Source of the DNA: a virus
Taxonomy: Duplodnaviria; Caudoviricetes
DNA: 64,000 bases
Direction: 5' to 3' (one strand)
Virus record (IMG/VR): IMGVR_UViG_3300036971_000112
Span: 4,536-68,535 of that record
Below, piece by piece: positions 8,621 to 17,454 of the stretch (the first letter of the stretch is position 1; each line of letters begins with the position of its first letter). The notes under the pieces were generated by a model. That model had not been told where the DNA came from. It saw only the letters and a program-made list of their open reading frames with translations, and did no database searches. A program made the translations under genes and the position numbers.

Positions 8621-9202
8621 ATGTCCTCCAAGTTAATCTATGGCGTTGGCTTCAATGACAGGAAATATCCCGTATCTAAAGAAGGGAAAATCCTCAAAGA
8701 GTATAAGGTGTGGCAAAGGCTTCTTGAACGCTGTTACTGCACTAAGTATCAGAAGTCAAACCCAGCCTATCTTGGCTGTACTGTCAGTGAAAATTTCAAA
8801 AGCTACTCCTTCTTCCATGAGTGGTGCCAGCATCAAGTAGGGTTTGGTAAGGAAGGCTTTGAGCTAGATAAAGACTTAATCTTCAAAGGTAACAGAATCT
8901 ATTCGGAAGATAACTGCCTCTTTGTACCAAAGCGGTTGAATACTTTACTTCTTTCTAGTAGAGCTTGTAGGGGAACTCTCCCTATAGGTGTTTCCATCCA
9001 CAATGGTAAATTCCTAGCGTGTTGCTGTAGAGAGTCTAACTCCCGTTATCTAGGTCATTTCAGTACTCCTGAGGAGGCCTTCTTAGCTTACAAACAAGCC
9101 AAAGAAGGTTTCATCAAACTTCAAGCTGAAAAGTGGAAAGCTCTCATTGATCCGAGAGCTTATGCAGCTTTAATGGCTTATGAAGTCTTAGCCACAGACT
9201 AA
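8621..9202 (+). CDS. HNH-like homing endonuclease with AP2-like C-terminus (copy 1)
   Basis: YGVGFND, W..LLERCY, LDKD..KGN.IYS..NC.FVP..LN, YLGHF.T.EEA..AY; free-standing and antisense to neighbours. Confidence 0.75.
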   Translation: MSSKLIYGVGFNDRKYPVSKEGKILKEYKVWQRLLERCYCTKYQKSNPAYLGCTVSENFKSYSFFHEWCQHQVGFGKEGFELDKDLIFKGNRIYSEDNCLFVPKRLNTLLLSSRACRGTLPIGVSIHNGKFLACCCRESNSRYLGHFSTPEEAFLAYKQAKEGFIKLQAEKWKALIDPRAYAALMAYEVLATD

Positions 9203-10537
9203 ACCGCTTAAAACCTCCTTCCTAGCATCGACAGCATGAGCAAGGAGGCTTTTTTTCTGTATTATCCCTAACACTCTCTGCTCGATAGATTTTTGGTATT
9301 GAGTGATATAAACGGGTAAGGCGGTCTTCCTTACCCCCCTGATCCCTCGTGCTACAGCTTGGGAGAAACTGCTGTCTAAATAATCAGGTGTTAGGAATAC
9401 GCAAACATCCATTAAGCTCCAGTTATAGCCTACTCCTGCGGTAACAGGGGAGGCAATTAACACCTGCACCTCCCCTCTCCTAAATGCCTCATCAATTTTC
9501 ACGCGTTTCTCGCCACTGACAGTCCCGTTGATAAGCTCAACGGTGAAACCTTTTTCGGAAACTAACTTAAAGACTCGCTCTTGTTCGCCCCGAATAGACG
9601 TAAAAATCACTACACGGTTAAACTGCCCACTCAAGATATTTTCAAAGAGCCATAAATCTTTGCCGATTTCAGCAACCTTCAACCCAAGCAACTCAGGACA
9701 AGCCAGTAACTGTCTGCATCTGATGGTATGTACACCCATTTCGGTTGCCGATAACACCGATTCATCGTCCAGCTCTAAAGTCGCCAGCGTTTCAAATTCT
9801 TCATAGGCTTTACGGTGTTTCGGATCAAGTTCGACACTCGCTGGAATATAGACAACATTCTTTTCACCATACGCTTCACGGAAAGTGTGCGAGATAGAAT
9901 GTTTCTCCAGTAATTTACTCACTTTTTCGGAATTTCTCCACCCAACTGCCTTATTGGTGAAGCTGTCCCTTATGCAATGTTGATCCATAAACGATCTATG
10001 ATGGCCGTAATACCTAGGTTCAATGGTGTGTAATATCGGAAAGGCTGAATCTAAACGTCCTTGAATTACCGTAGCCGTTGCAAATATCACCCTGTCAATT
10101 TTTCGACTTAAAGCCACAAAAAATTCGCATCGCTTTGAGGTTATCGAAGAGTAGTACAGATGACTCTCATCGCAAGCGATAAGCGTCAACTTCTTCTTTA
10201 ACATCAGTCGAATCGTTTCGTAGTGAGCCATTAAAGTGTCAGCAGTCGTCAAAATAACGTCAAATTGCTCTCCACGCCATTTATCCTTAGTTGGTTTCCC
10301 GCGATAAATCAACACACTTAAACCTGTCCAGTTCACCAGTTCTTCAGCATTTTTCCCTAACAAGCTTTTTGGCATAACCCAAATGCTGCTGCCATGCTCG
10401 TAATCGTTAACGTACTTGAACATAACACAGGTTGGAGGAGTTTTCCCAACCCCCGTATCACTACGATTTAAACACTTCTTATTGCTAATATAGAAACTTA
10501 AATCGGCCACCTGATATGGCCTCAGTTCTAAGGTCAT
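9188..10537 (-). CDS. SF2 (SNF2-like) DNA helicase
   Basis: LRPYQ Q-motif, TGVGKT, DESH, TAT, AGVGYN, QAVARGIR motifs. Confidence 0.9.
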   Translation of the reverse strand: MTLELRPYQVADLSFYISNKKCLNRSDTGVGKTPPTCVMFKYVNDYEHGSSIWVMPKSLLGKNAEELVNWTGLSVLIYRGKPTKDKWRGEQFDVILTTADTLMAHYETIRLMLKKKLTLIACDESHLYYSSITSKRCEFFVALSRKIDRVIFATATVIQGRLDSAFPILHTIEPRYYGHHRSFMDQHCIRDSFTNKAVGWRNSEKVSKLLEKHSISHTFREAYGEKNVVYIPASVELDPKHRKAYEEFETLATLELDDESVLSATEMGVHTIRCRQLLACPELLGLKVAEIGKDLWLFENILSGQFNRVVIFTSIRGEQERVFKLVSEKGFTVELINGTVSGEKRVKIDEAFRRGEVQVLIASPVTAGVGYNWSLMDVCVFLTPDYLDSSFSQAVARGIRGVRKTALPVYITQYQKSIEQRVLGIIQKKSLLAHAVDARKEVLSGLVCG

Positions 10538-10749
10538 TTCGCCACCTTTAAACAAATATCAGCCACCGCGCCACTTAAAGTTTCACTGTAGACGGCTTTG
10601 GCACAAGCCACTGAGGTTAACTCCCGCTCCGTTGCTAAAGCATCACGAATCAAACAATGAAGGCGGTTCTCCGCTTGAGCTTGGTGGCGATAAGGTGCAG
10701 CTTTCCAGCCTTGTACCAGATTCATTGCTACTTCATCTAGGTCACGCAT
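10534..10749 (-). CDS. hypothetical protein
   Basis: 71-aa ORF overlapping helicase start. Confidence 0.55.
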   Translation of the reverse strand: MRDLDEVAMNLVQGWKAAPYRHQAQAENRLHCLIRDALATERELTSVACAKAVYSETLSGAVADICLKVAK

Positions 10750-10760
10750 AACATTCCCCT

Positions 10761-11237
10761 TTACAAATCGAAAGCTTCAGGAACAACCCACTCAGTATCG
10801 CCGTAACGAAAACTACGGGGAATCAGTCCACCTAAACGGTTAACGTAACGGCGTTCAACGTCAGCCCAGTCCATCGACTGTAATAACTGGCACTGTTCAA
10901 TGTTAAAAAGTTGACTTGCTCCAAATCCGAAAACTTCCCGAAACTTAGAGAAGAAAAACTCTTTAAGCGAACCGTTGAAGGGTTGCTTGATTGAGCTAGG
11001 GTTGTAGCCTTCCGACTCGGCAGCAACTTGAACAAGAAACCTTGCGCCTTCCTCAATTTTCTCAAACAGAGGCAAGGTAAGAAGGAAAACTATCTTCTCC
11101 CTCAAAGGTAAATGTAAGCCTTCCACAAAATGCGCTCCTTGCCCAAACGAGTGAAGGATGGTGTTGCCCTCTTGTTCAAAGTTGTCGAGGGTGAGGATGA
11201 TTTTCTCATCCCCTTTGAAAACGTAAAAATAAGTCAT
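10761..11237 (-). CDS. hypothetical protein
   Basis: 158-aa ORF with TCAAAATG start. Confidence 0.6.
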   Translation of the reverse strand: MTYFYVFKGDEKIILTLDNFEQEGNTILHSFGQGAHFVEGLHLPLREKIVFLLTLPLFEKIEEGARFLVQVAAESEGYNPSSIKQPFNGSLKEFFFSKFREVFGFGASQLFNIEQCQLLQSMDWADVERRYVNRLGGLIPRSFRYGDTEWVVPEAFDL

Positions 11238-11290
11238 TTTGAGTTACTCTGAAAAGTCTCCGCGCCAAGAGTTAGCGCGGAGGGGTTAGG

Positions 11291-11500
11291 TTAAACAAGC
11301 TCAGGCGTTAAGCCGTCAACGCGAGGAAAATCCACGAGAATAAAACCTCGCCCAGCATAGTTACTTTGCTTGCTGATTAACGTACAAGCCTCTTTGTGAG
11401 TCATCGGCACTAAACCTAAGTCGTAGCGAGCATAAATCTCGCCCGTCTTTTTGTCATGCCGAGTTACGTCAACCGTGTATAGTTTTTGTAATTCGCTCAT
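11291..11500 (-). CDS. hypothetical protein
   Basis: 69-aa ORF. Confidence 0.55.
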   Translation of the reverse strand: MSELQKLYTVDVTRHDKKTGEIYARYDLGLVPMTHKEACTLISKQSNYAGRGFILVDFPRVDGLTPELV

Positions 11501-11506
11501 TTTAGA

Positions 11507-12190
11507 TCACTCCGAAGGGTGTTTGTAGGTGTCACAAAGCATAAGCAGCATCGTTTTATGCTTAGACCAGAAGCCAGTAGCTTCATCAGCCATTCGAGCT
11601 ATCTCTAACTCAGAAAAGTTTCTCCAAGCCTCAACACTGTGGTTTTGACAGCCGATTCTCATTTGACCTAAGCCATCTATTTGAACAACCCAGTCAAGTG
11701 ACGTGATAAGCAAGGGCGCGTTTTTAGCTCCCCGAAGGTTAGCTCCCCGAAGGTCAGCTCCCCGAAGGTCAGCTTCCTGAAGGTTAGCTCCCTGAAGGTC
11801 AGCTCCCTGAAGGTCAGCTCCCCGAAGGTTAGCTCCCCGAAGGTTAGCTTCCTGAAGGTTAGCTTCCTGAAGGTTAGCTTCCTGAAGGTCAGCTCCCCGA
11901 AGGTTAGCTCCCCGAAGGTTAGCTTCCTGAAGGTTAGCTTCCTGAAGATTAGCTTCCCAAAGGTCAGCTCCCTGAAGATTAGCTCCCCAAAGGTCAGCTC
12001 CCTGAAGATTAGCTCCCCAAAGGTCAGCTCCCTGAAGGTCAGCTCCCCGAAGGTCAGCTCCCCAAAGGTCAGCTCCCCGAAGGTTAGCTTCCTGAAGGTC
12101 AGCTCCCCGAAGGTTAGCTTCCTGAAGGGAGTCAATCTCCATGTTTAAGATAACCTCAGAAGTAAAACGGTTTAAGATTTGAATGCTCAT
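11507..12190 (-). CDS. pentapeptide repeat protein
   Basis: ~26 (E/G)A(N/D)L(R/Q/W) repeats encoded by 15-bp tandem repeats, plus IGCQ.H....W C-terminal domain. Confidence 0.9.
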   Translation of the reverse strand: MSIQILNRFTSEVILNMEIDSLQEANLRGADLQEANLRGADLWGADLRGADLQGADLWGANLQGADLWGANLQGADLWEANLQEANLQEANLRGANLRGADLQEANLQEANLQEANLRGANLRGADLQGADLQGANLQEADLRGADLRGANLRGAKNAPLLITSLDWVVQIDGLGQMRIGCQNHSVEAWRNFSELEIARMADEATGFWSKHKTMLLMLCDTYKHPSE

Positions 12191-12492
12191 TTTGAAAAAC
12201 CTCTTAAAAGTTGTTCTGACTCCAAGCCAAGAAGATTTGCCGCTTGTTGGCGTGAACCTGCTCGGATAAAATCCTCACAAGCCTCACAAGGTATTCCTGC
12301 TTCGTCATACCAAGCTGCTCTGTAGAGGGGAGTACCCCAACCCCAGTAAGCTCCCCCTGCATCATAGCCTTGCGTTAAAGGCAGACGGTGTAAAGCCACA
12401 TTGTTGGCTGTTGAAACATCGCCGAAGGTGCGGCGACCCATAGGTGCACCAAAGGTGCAGCTAACAGGTGTTAATTTTGGAAACTTGGTCAT
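12187..12492 (-). CDS. hypothetical protein
   Basis: 101-aa ORF; GAPMGR and GYDAGGAYWG motifs. Confidence 0.65.
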   Translation of the reverse strand: MTKFPKLTPVSCTFGAPMGRRTFGDVSTANNVALHRLPLTQGYDAGGAYWGWGTPLYRAAWYDEAGIPCEACEDFIRAGSRQQAANLLGLESEQLLRGFSK

Positions 12493-12683
12493 TTTGAAAT
12501 CCTCTGAAAAGTTCTAACAACTCGATATACAATCCCTTCAACTCTTTCGAGCTTCGTCGGGCTGGAAAAATTAACAAGCCTACTATCTCGTGTGGAAGCA
12601 CGAAATCTAACATCTTGGACTGATACGAAGTCCATACCTTCTAGGTACAACTTGTCCCCTAACTGGAAGTCGTTAGGGGACAA
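12489..12683 (-). CDS. hypothetical protein, possibly 5'-truncated
   Basis: TTG start lacks RBS; in-frame coupled GTG at 12722 is followed by TAA at codon 4. Confidence 0.4.
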   Translation of the reverse strand: MSPNDFQLGDKLYLEGMDFVSVQDVRFRASTRDSRLVNFSSPTKLERVEGIVYRVVRTFQRISK

Positions 12684-12718
12684 GTTGTAGAAAAGTGGTG
12701 GCGGTGACTTTTAAGTAT

Positions 12719-12997
12719 TCACCATTTCGCCCCTAAATCCTGAGAGGTCGGGAGAATATCTTCCCCGTACCACTTGCTGTTCCAAATGATTAACGACTTC
12801 ATGAGATAAGGGAGGTTGCTTGATGTATTGGTATTTGACCATTGATAAAGCTGACCTTCCAGCCAAAAGCTCGGAGCCCAGATACCTGCACGGAACTTCC
12901 AGTCAAAAGGCTCGTAACCTACAAACTGAACATCGTTTGCTTGTTGGGTAACAGGTGCGAGTCCTGTTACAAAGTCGTTTTCGTACCAGTGTTTCAT
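12719..12997 (-). CDS. hypothetical protein
   Basis: GGAGTTTTCAAAATG start. Confidence 0.65.
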   Translation of the reverse strand: MKHWYENDFVTGLAPVTQQANDVQFVGYEPFDWKFRAGIWAPSFWLEGQLYQWSNTNTSSNLPYLMKSLIIWNSKWYGEDILPTSQDLGAKW

Positions 12998-13608
12998 TTT
13001 GAAAACTCCATTGCTGCAAACAGTTGGGTGGGTGGAAACTTATAACCGTCACCGTGACACAAATACTTGCGGAGAACTCCCCGAAGTTTTTCGTCGAACT
13101 CCGAGGCGTAGCAGGCATCCGTTGATAGCCACGTAGCTATGCAGCCTAACAAGTTAAGTTTACCTGCTTCGAAAAAATTCCCGAAGTTGTAGTGCCTTTG
13201 CTCGTGACTCGTGTAATATGAGTTGAAAAAGAAAAAGTCCCTGCCTAACTCAAAGTCAGGCTCTAAACGGGAAACAGCACGGAAATTTTCCGCTCTCCAG
13301 TGGTCAGCTAACTGCCCGAAGTAAGTTCGGACAAACAGCTTATGGTTTGTATCGTCGGCAATAAGCTGAAAAATGTCAGCGATCATAAGGTGAGACACCT
13401 CAGCTAAAGCGATGATGTGGGGCGAGGTCTGCATCGCCCAAAACACATCGGCGGCGGTGCAAACCTTGAGGCAGCCAAGCAAGCTGACTCGCTCAAAGGT
13501 GTCGAACATCTCAGCAGGGAAATGCTGCTCGAAGCGGCGTAAGCCAGTATTACAGGCTTTGTGGAGCTTGACACCTGAGTGGGAAATAGTTGCTGGAATC
13601 TTTTTCAT
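12994..13608 (-). CDS. hypothetical protein
   Basis: GAGGATTTTCAAAATG start at 13608. Confidence 0.65.
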   Translation of the reverse strand: MKKIPATISHSGVKLHKACNTGLRRFEQHFPAEMFDTFERVSLLGCLKVCTAADVFWAMQTSPHIIALAEVSHLMIADIFQLIADDTNHKLFVRTYFGQLADHWRAENFRAVSRLEPDFELGRDFFFFNSYYTSHEQRHYNFGNFFEAGKLNLLGCIATWLSTDACYASEFDEKLRGVLRKYLCHGDGYKFPPTQLFAAMEFSK

Positions 13609-13658
13609 TTTGAAAATCCTCAACCACCTCGGGAAACCCGAAGTGGAAATTTAAAAAG

Positions 13659-13946
13659 TTAGGAGTAGTACGAGGCAACAACGACCGAGTCACTGTTACT
13701 GCAAACGTGAACGAGAACACCGCTCCACGCTGACTGCATATCTGACCCATGCCAATAAGCGTGGTCAAATCGACCGATTTGGCAAAGGTCGTAAACCTGA
13801 CCTTTGAAACGGAAAAAGTTTAAGCCTTCGTCCTCTTGATGGTAATCAAGGTCTTTTTGCTCAGACTTGGTTAGGTCTGACCAGTAAAGGCGAGGGCAGG
13901 TTGTACGGCGTTTCAGTTTAAGGCCGTCGATTTTGATATTTTTCAT
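13659..13946 (-). CDS. hypothetical protein
   Basis: GGGAGTATTTCAAAATG start at 13946. Confidence 0.65.
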   Translation of the reverse strand: MKNIKIDGLKLKRRTTCPRLYWSDLTKSEQKDLDYHQEDEGLNFFRFKGQVYDLCQIGRFDHAYWHGSDMQSAWSGVLVHVCSNSDSVVVASYYS

Positions 13947-13959
13947 TTTGAAATACTCC

Positions 13960-14247
13960 CTATAAAACTTCATATTTGATAGCAGAAGCATCGCCTTCAA
14001 AGACCATGCGGGAGACTTCGGCCACAAGAGTATAGGCCATATCCATGCCTGAGCCTTTTATCAGCACACTTCCCAGTGGGTTGAGCTTTTTACTGGCGTA
14101 GGCGGAAACCTCGTCATTGACGTTGACTAGCTTACCCTCAATGATAACGAAGCAATCGAAACTGCGAAATATTCTTGAGCGGCTAACCGAAGTCAGGCGG
14201 AGGTAGAGCTTGGGACTCGAACCCAATAGTGTTTTGAAGTGCGACAT
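13960..14247 (-). CDS. hypothetical protein
   Basis: GGAGTTTTCAAAATG start at 14247; GSGMDMA motif. Confidence 0.65.
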   Translation of the reverse strand: MSHFKTLLGSSPKLYLRLTSVSRSRIFRSFDCFVIIEGKLVNVNDEVSAYASKKLNPLGSVLIKGSGMDMAYTLVAEVSRMVFEGDASAIKYEVL

Positions 14248-14294
14248 TTTGAAAACTCCTAACAAGGCCGTTCAAAGGGGAACGGCAACCCAAG

Positions 14295-14957
14295 TTAGAT
14301 TTGAGACACCTTAATTTTCCGCTTCTTAGCACCATGCGTTCTGAAACCTATTACATAATCACGGTCAGCCACTTGGCAAAGCTGGCACTGAAGACAGGTA
14401 GGCTTTGCTGCCGTGGATTGATTCGGGCAGGTAATAATCCGTAAACCATCAACGGTAACGTCTTTCGGGGTTTTTTCCGACACCACAACAACAGTCGGTA
14501 AACCTAACTCGAAATAGAGCTTCGCCTGTCCAAACGTATCCGCACTAGCGTTTATTGTCAGCTCTGAGCTATTCATCAACTGCAACGTCTCCAAGTTTGG
14601 CAGCACAGGGTAATGGGTGTAACCAAATCCGCGCTTACCATTGTTAGCGGCGAGTAAGCTAACTACTTGACTAGGCGAAATAAGCTCAGGATTTTCGAAG
14701 GAAGGCTCGAAATCACCTGCCTCAAACAAACGCCAAATAGAATCCTTTGGCAGGGTACGAATCGCGTAGAGGACTGTGGCGAAGTCCACGCCCACAGTGT
14801 CTTGCTTCATCCAGTGCTGGGCGAGCGGGAAGTTTTCTGCATAACACCCATTACCCTTCAAACCACACGAGTCAGGACAGGTTGAACGGGGGGAGCGAAC
14901 TAACAACATCGCTCCAGTTTTTTTGTTACCAGCCGAGAGGCTGTATTTTAATTGCAT
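14295..14957 (-). CDS. Cys-rich phage protein (Gp88/DUF7227-like, from recall)
   Basis: GNKKTG, TCPDSCGLKGNGCYA, RLFEAGDF, YTHY, TCP, CLQCQLC, IGFRTHG motifs. Confidence 0.6.
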   Translation of the reverse strand: MQLKYSLSAGNKKTGAMLLVRSPRSTCPDSCGLKGNGCYAENFPLAQHWMKQDTVGVDFATVLYAIRTLPKDSIWRLFEAGDFEPSFENPELISPSQVVSLLAANNGKRGFGYTHYPVLPNLETLQLMNSSELTINASADTFGQAKLYFELGLPTVVVVSEKTPKDVTVDGLRIITCPNQSTAAKPTCLQCQLCQVADRDYVIGFRTHGAKKRKIKVSQI

Positions 14958-14992
14958 TTTGAAACTCCATGAGGGTTTGGATTTAAGGTGAC

Positions 14993-15021
14993 ATTGTAAC
15001 ACAAACTTACAGAACTGTCAA
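14993..15021 (-). promoter_or_regulatory. sigma70 early promoter with flanking inverted repeat
   Basis: TTGACA-17-TACAAT with TGn; arms TTGTAACACA 14994-15003 and TGTGTTACAA 15024-15033. Confidence 0.8.
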
Positions 15022-15038
15022 TCTGTGTTACAAAACTA

Positions 15039-15653
15039 CTACAAAGTACGGTCAATCGTTGAACTGAAGAACTCATCAAGTAAGTCGCGCAGATCATTGT
15101 CTTTGCAGTTACGGACACGGTGAAATAATTCCTCAAGAAGCTCACGGTTTCCTGTGTACTCCTCAAAGTCTGTGTCCTGCATCCCTGACCAAGGGATAAG
15201 GTCTTTGACAACCTGACTCACGGTGGCAGGCGGAACATCGAACTGGTGGTCATAAACATGGCAAGCCAGTTTCTCAACCAGTTGACCAGCCTGTCCCTGA
15301 CTTAATTCTTCAGGAAGAACAAGCTCTAAAGCTTCGACCTCCTGAATAATAACGGAGGTCGGAAGACCACGGTTGTCTCGGTTAAACTTCACAGCGTAGC
15401 AAGGATGTAGGAAGTAATCCCACTCCGAATTACTCAGTAAGTGGAAATACTGACGAACAGGTTGAAGGTCTTGCTCCTCAAAACAGAGCGAGCCGTCGAA
15501 ATACCAAAATGGTTGGGCTTTCGGATCGGCGAAGTCGTCTTCTTCCCAATTAAGCTCCTCTTTTTGTTCGTCTGTGAGGTTATGGAAACCAATAATTGTG
15601 GGCAGGGTGATCGGCGAACCGATTAACTTGAAAAGTGGTTGTTGTTGTGACAT
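15039..15653 (-). CDS. acidic hypothetical protein
   Basis: 204-aa ORF, GAGGATTTTCAAAATG start. Confidence 0.65.
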   Translation of the reverse strand: MSQQQPLFKLIGSPITLPTIIGFHNLTDEQKEELNWEEDDFADPKAQPFWYFDGSLCFEEQDLQPVRQYFHLLSNSEWDYFLHPCYAVKFNRDNRGLPTSVIIQEVEALELVLPEELSQGQAGQLVEKLACHVYDHQFDVPPATVSQVVKDLIPWSGMQDTDFEEYTGNRELLEELFHRVRNCKDNDLRDLLDEFFSSTIDRTL

Positions 15654-15699
15654 TTTGAAAATCCTCGAAATAAAAGCCGTTAAGGGAACGGCAAACCCG

Positions 15700-15743
15700 A
15701 AAGAAAACCTAAAGAAAACCTAAAGAAAGCCTAAAGAAAGCCT
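15700..15743. repeat. 11-bp tandem repeat x4 (AAAGAAA(A/G)CCT)
   Basis: Read directly in the intergenic region. Confidence 0.85.
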
Positions 15744-15748
15744 AACAG

Positions 15749-16204
15749 TTACACGTCGAATATCTTGTCGATCTCGCGGAAAAGCGAGGGTAACAGCACG
15801 TCGTTGATATGCCGATACTGCTCGGGCGACTTCAACAATTCACGGCAGGGGTTCGACGAGTAATGGGAACCGCCTCGGTTAAAAACTTCCGCTGCCTCCC
15901 GCAAGGTGTAAACCGTTTTTACTAACTCGCAGAATTTCCACAAGTTAGCGTCGTCCTGCAAAGGTTTACCTAATTCGTAATCCGCTTTCAACGCCTCGAA
16001 CATCCCGATGTCTCGATGCTCGCCGATCCCCCCTACTGCTTGGTAGCTCGACAGGTGGTAGTGGAGGCCGCGATTGCCTAAGTAACCGAAACCCCAATAC
16101 CAGCCACAGTCCCATTTTGGTAGGTCGAGATAAATCGCTTCGCCCAGTTCTGTGTGGCCGAAATAGACTTTCTCGCGTGGTGCGGTATAGTTAGTGTTGC
16201 TCAT
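15749..16204 (-). CDS. hypothetical protein
   Basis: 151-aa ORF; WDCGWYWGFGYL motif. Confidence 0.65.
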   Translation of the reverse strand: MSNTNYTAPREKVYFGHTELGEAIYLDLPKWDCGWYWGFGYLGNRGLHYHLSSYQAVGGIGEHRDIGMFEALKADYELGKPLQDDANLWKFCELVKTVYTLREAAEVFNRGGSHYSSNPCRELLKSPEQYRHINDVLLPSLFREIDKIFDV

Positions 16205-16277
16205 TTTAAAAACTCCAGTAAAATCAAAAACTTAAGTGTTAGGCGGAAAGAAAGTTTTCCGCCGAAAAAACCCGCCC

Positions 16278-16505
16278 TTAAAGAATCGTGACACGCCAGT
16301 GAACATCACGGTCACGTTGAAACCAATACTCACCTTCGCCAGTCCAGTCTGTTAGACGGACTTGCTCGACGGAAAGATCGTCGAGACGACCCGAGTCAAG
16401 CAAATACAGAAGCTCAGGCGAGTACATCTCGTCGGAGACAAATTGCTCGGCCTCGTCTTCGTCGCCGAAATAGTCGCAAGCTAAATCGTAAAACCATGAA
16501 CTCAT
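16278..16505 (-). CDS. acidic hypothetical protein
   Basis: 75-aa ORF with GGAG RBS. Confidence 0.6.
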   Translation of the reverse strand: MSSWFYDLACDYFGDEDEAEQFVSDEMYSPELLYLLDSGRLDDLSVEQVRLTDWTGEGEYWFQRDRDVHWRVTIL

Positions 16506-16672
16506 ATTGGCTCTCCTTCATCAATAAAGGCCATGAAGTCAATCATGGCGCTGCGGATTTTCTGCATCCCAACAAGGTGGGAGCTGACTAGAAACAGGAA
16601 ACTAAAGCGACTCCCGCGATAGTTTCCGCGAACGGAGGCTTGCCAGCCTGATTCGGTAGGGATTAAAACCAT
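16502..16672 (-). CDS. small hypothetical protein (56 aa, not in ORF track)
   Basis: Manual translation MVLIPTESGWQASVRG...EPI*; overlaps both neighbours. Confidence 0.5.
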   Translation of the reverse strand: MVLIPTESGWQASVRGNYRGSRFSFLFLVSSHLVGMQKIRSAMIDFMAFIDEGEPI

Positions 16673-16854
16673 GAGGGGTTATGCTCCAAAAACGTAAAGA
16701 GTAAGCAGGTTGCGTTCCAGATAGTGAAACCGACCACTACCGAAAACCAACAAGCTGTCTTCCCCCAGCCGATCCGCTTTGCGGACTCTGATGCTGCAAG
16801 GGTAAAACCCGTAAGGGTGGCGAGAGTAACCAAGCCGAGCCAGATTAAGAACAT
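16663..16854 (-). CDS. small two-TM membrane protein
   Basis: Two hydrophobic segments; GGAG RBS. Confidence 0.6.
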   Translation of the reverse strand: MFLIWLGLVTLATLTGFTLAASESAKRIGWGKTACWFSVVVGFTIWNATCLLFTFLEHNPSWF

Positions 16855-16856
16855 AA

Positions 16857-17408
16857 CTAAACTCCTACCCGAATGTACGGGTTTAACGAGGTGAGTAACC
16901 GCTTACTGATTCGGTAAGCGATTGTTGGCTTGTTCACCGAAGTGTAAAGCCAATAACCACGAGGTTGGCGAGGTACATGAGTGACTCGGAAAAGTCTCTC
17001 ACCTTTACACCAGTCAGGTAACTCCGAGCGTTGCCACTCAATAATCAAATCGTGTTTCGGTTTGAAAGCTTGACGGCGGGTTGTGGCAAAATCACGGCAA
17101 GCTTGCCGCCAACCTGAGGTGTCAGGCAGGGTTGAAGCCTTTAGTATTCTTTCAGGGCAGTCGAAACAGTATGGGTAATCCGACTCACCCATATCCTTGT
17201 AACCCCACTCGGCGGGTCTGCCGCGAGGTGAAAAGTTTTCGATTAAACAAATCACGATACCGAACTCGTTATCGCCGCGCAGATCAGCAGGATAGAGTCC
17301 GAACAGAACCTTTCCGCGAACGGAATGGTCAACTAACTTAAAATTCGAAACGATATGGTCAACCATATCTTGTTTGGTTTCCCAGTTGAAGGAAGATAGC
17401 CAGCCCAT
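16857..17408 (-). CDS. hypothetical protein (DUF6927-like, from recall)
   Basis: MGWL start; WGYKDMGES.YP..FDCP.RIL...WRQAC motif. Confidence 0.6.
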   Translation of the reverse strand: MGWLSSFNWETKQDMVDHIVSNFKLVDHSVRGKVLFGLYPADLRGDNEFGIVICLIENFSPRGRPAEWGYKDMGESDYPYCFDCPERILKASTLPDTSGWRQACRDFATTRRQAFKPKHDLIIEWQRSELPDWCKGERLFRVTHVPRQPRGYWLYTSVNKPTIAYRISKRLLTSLNPYIRVGV

Positions 17409-17454
17409 TTTGAAAACTCCTCAGAAGTCGGTTTGAAAAGGGAAACCGAAGACC

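Noticed and set aside
11677-12135. 152-aa ORF of LTF(G/R)(E/K) repeats
   Set aside because: Alternative-frame shadow of the 15-bp pentapeptide repeats; no RBS.
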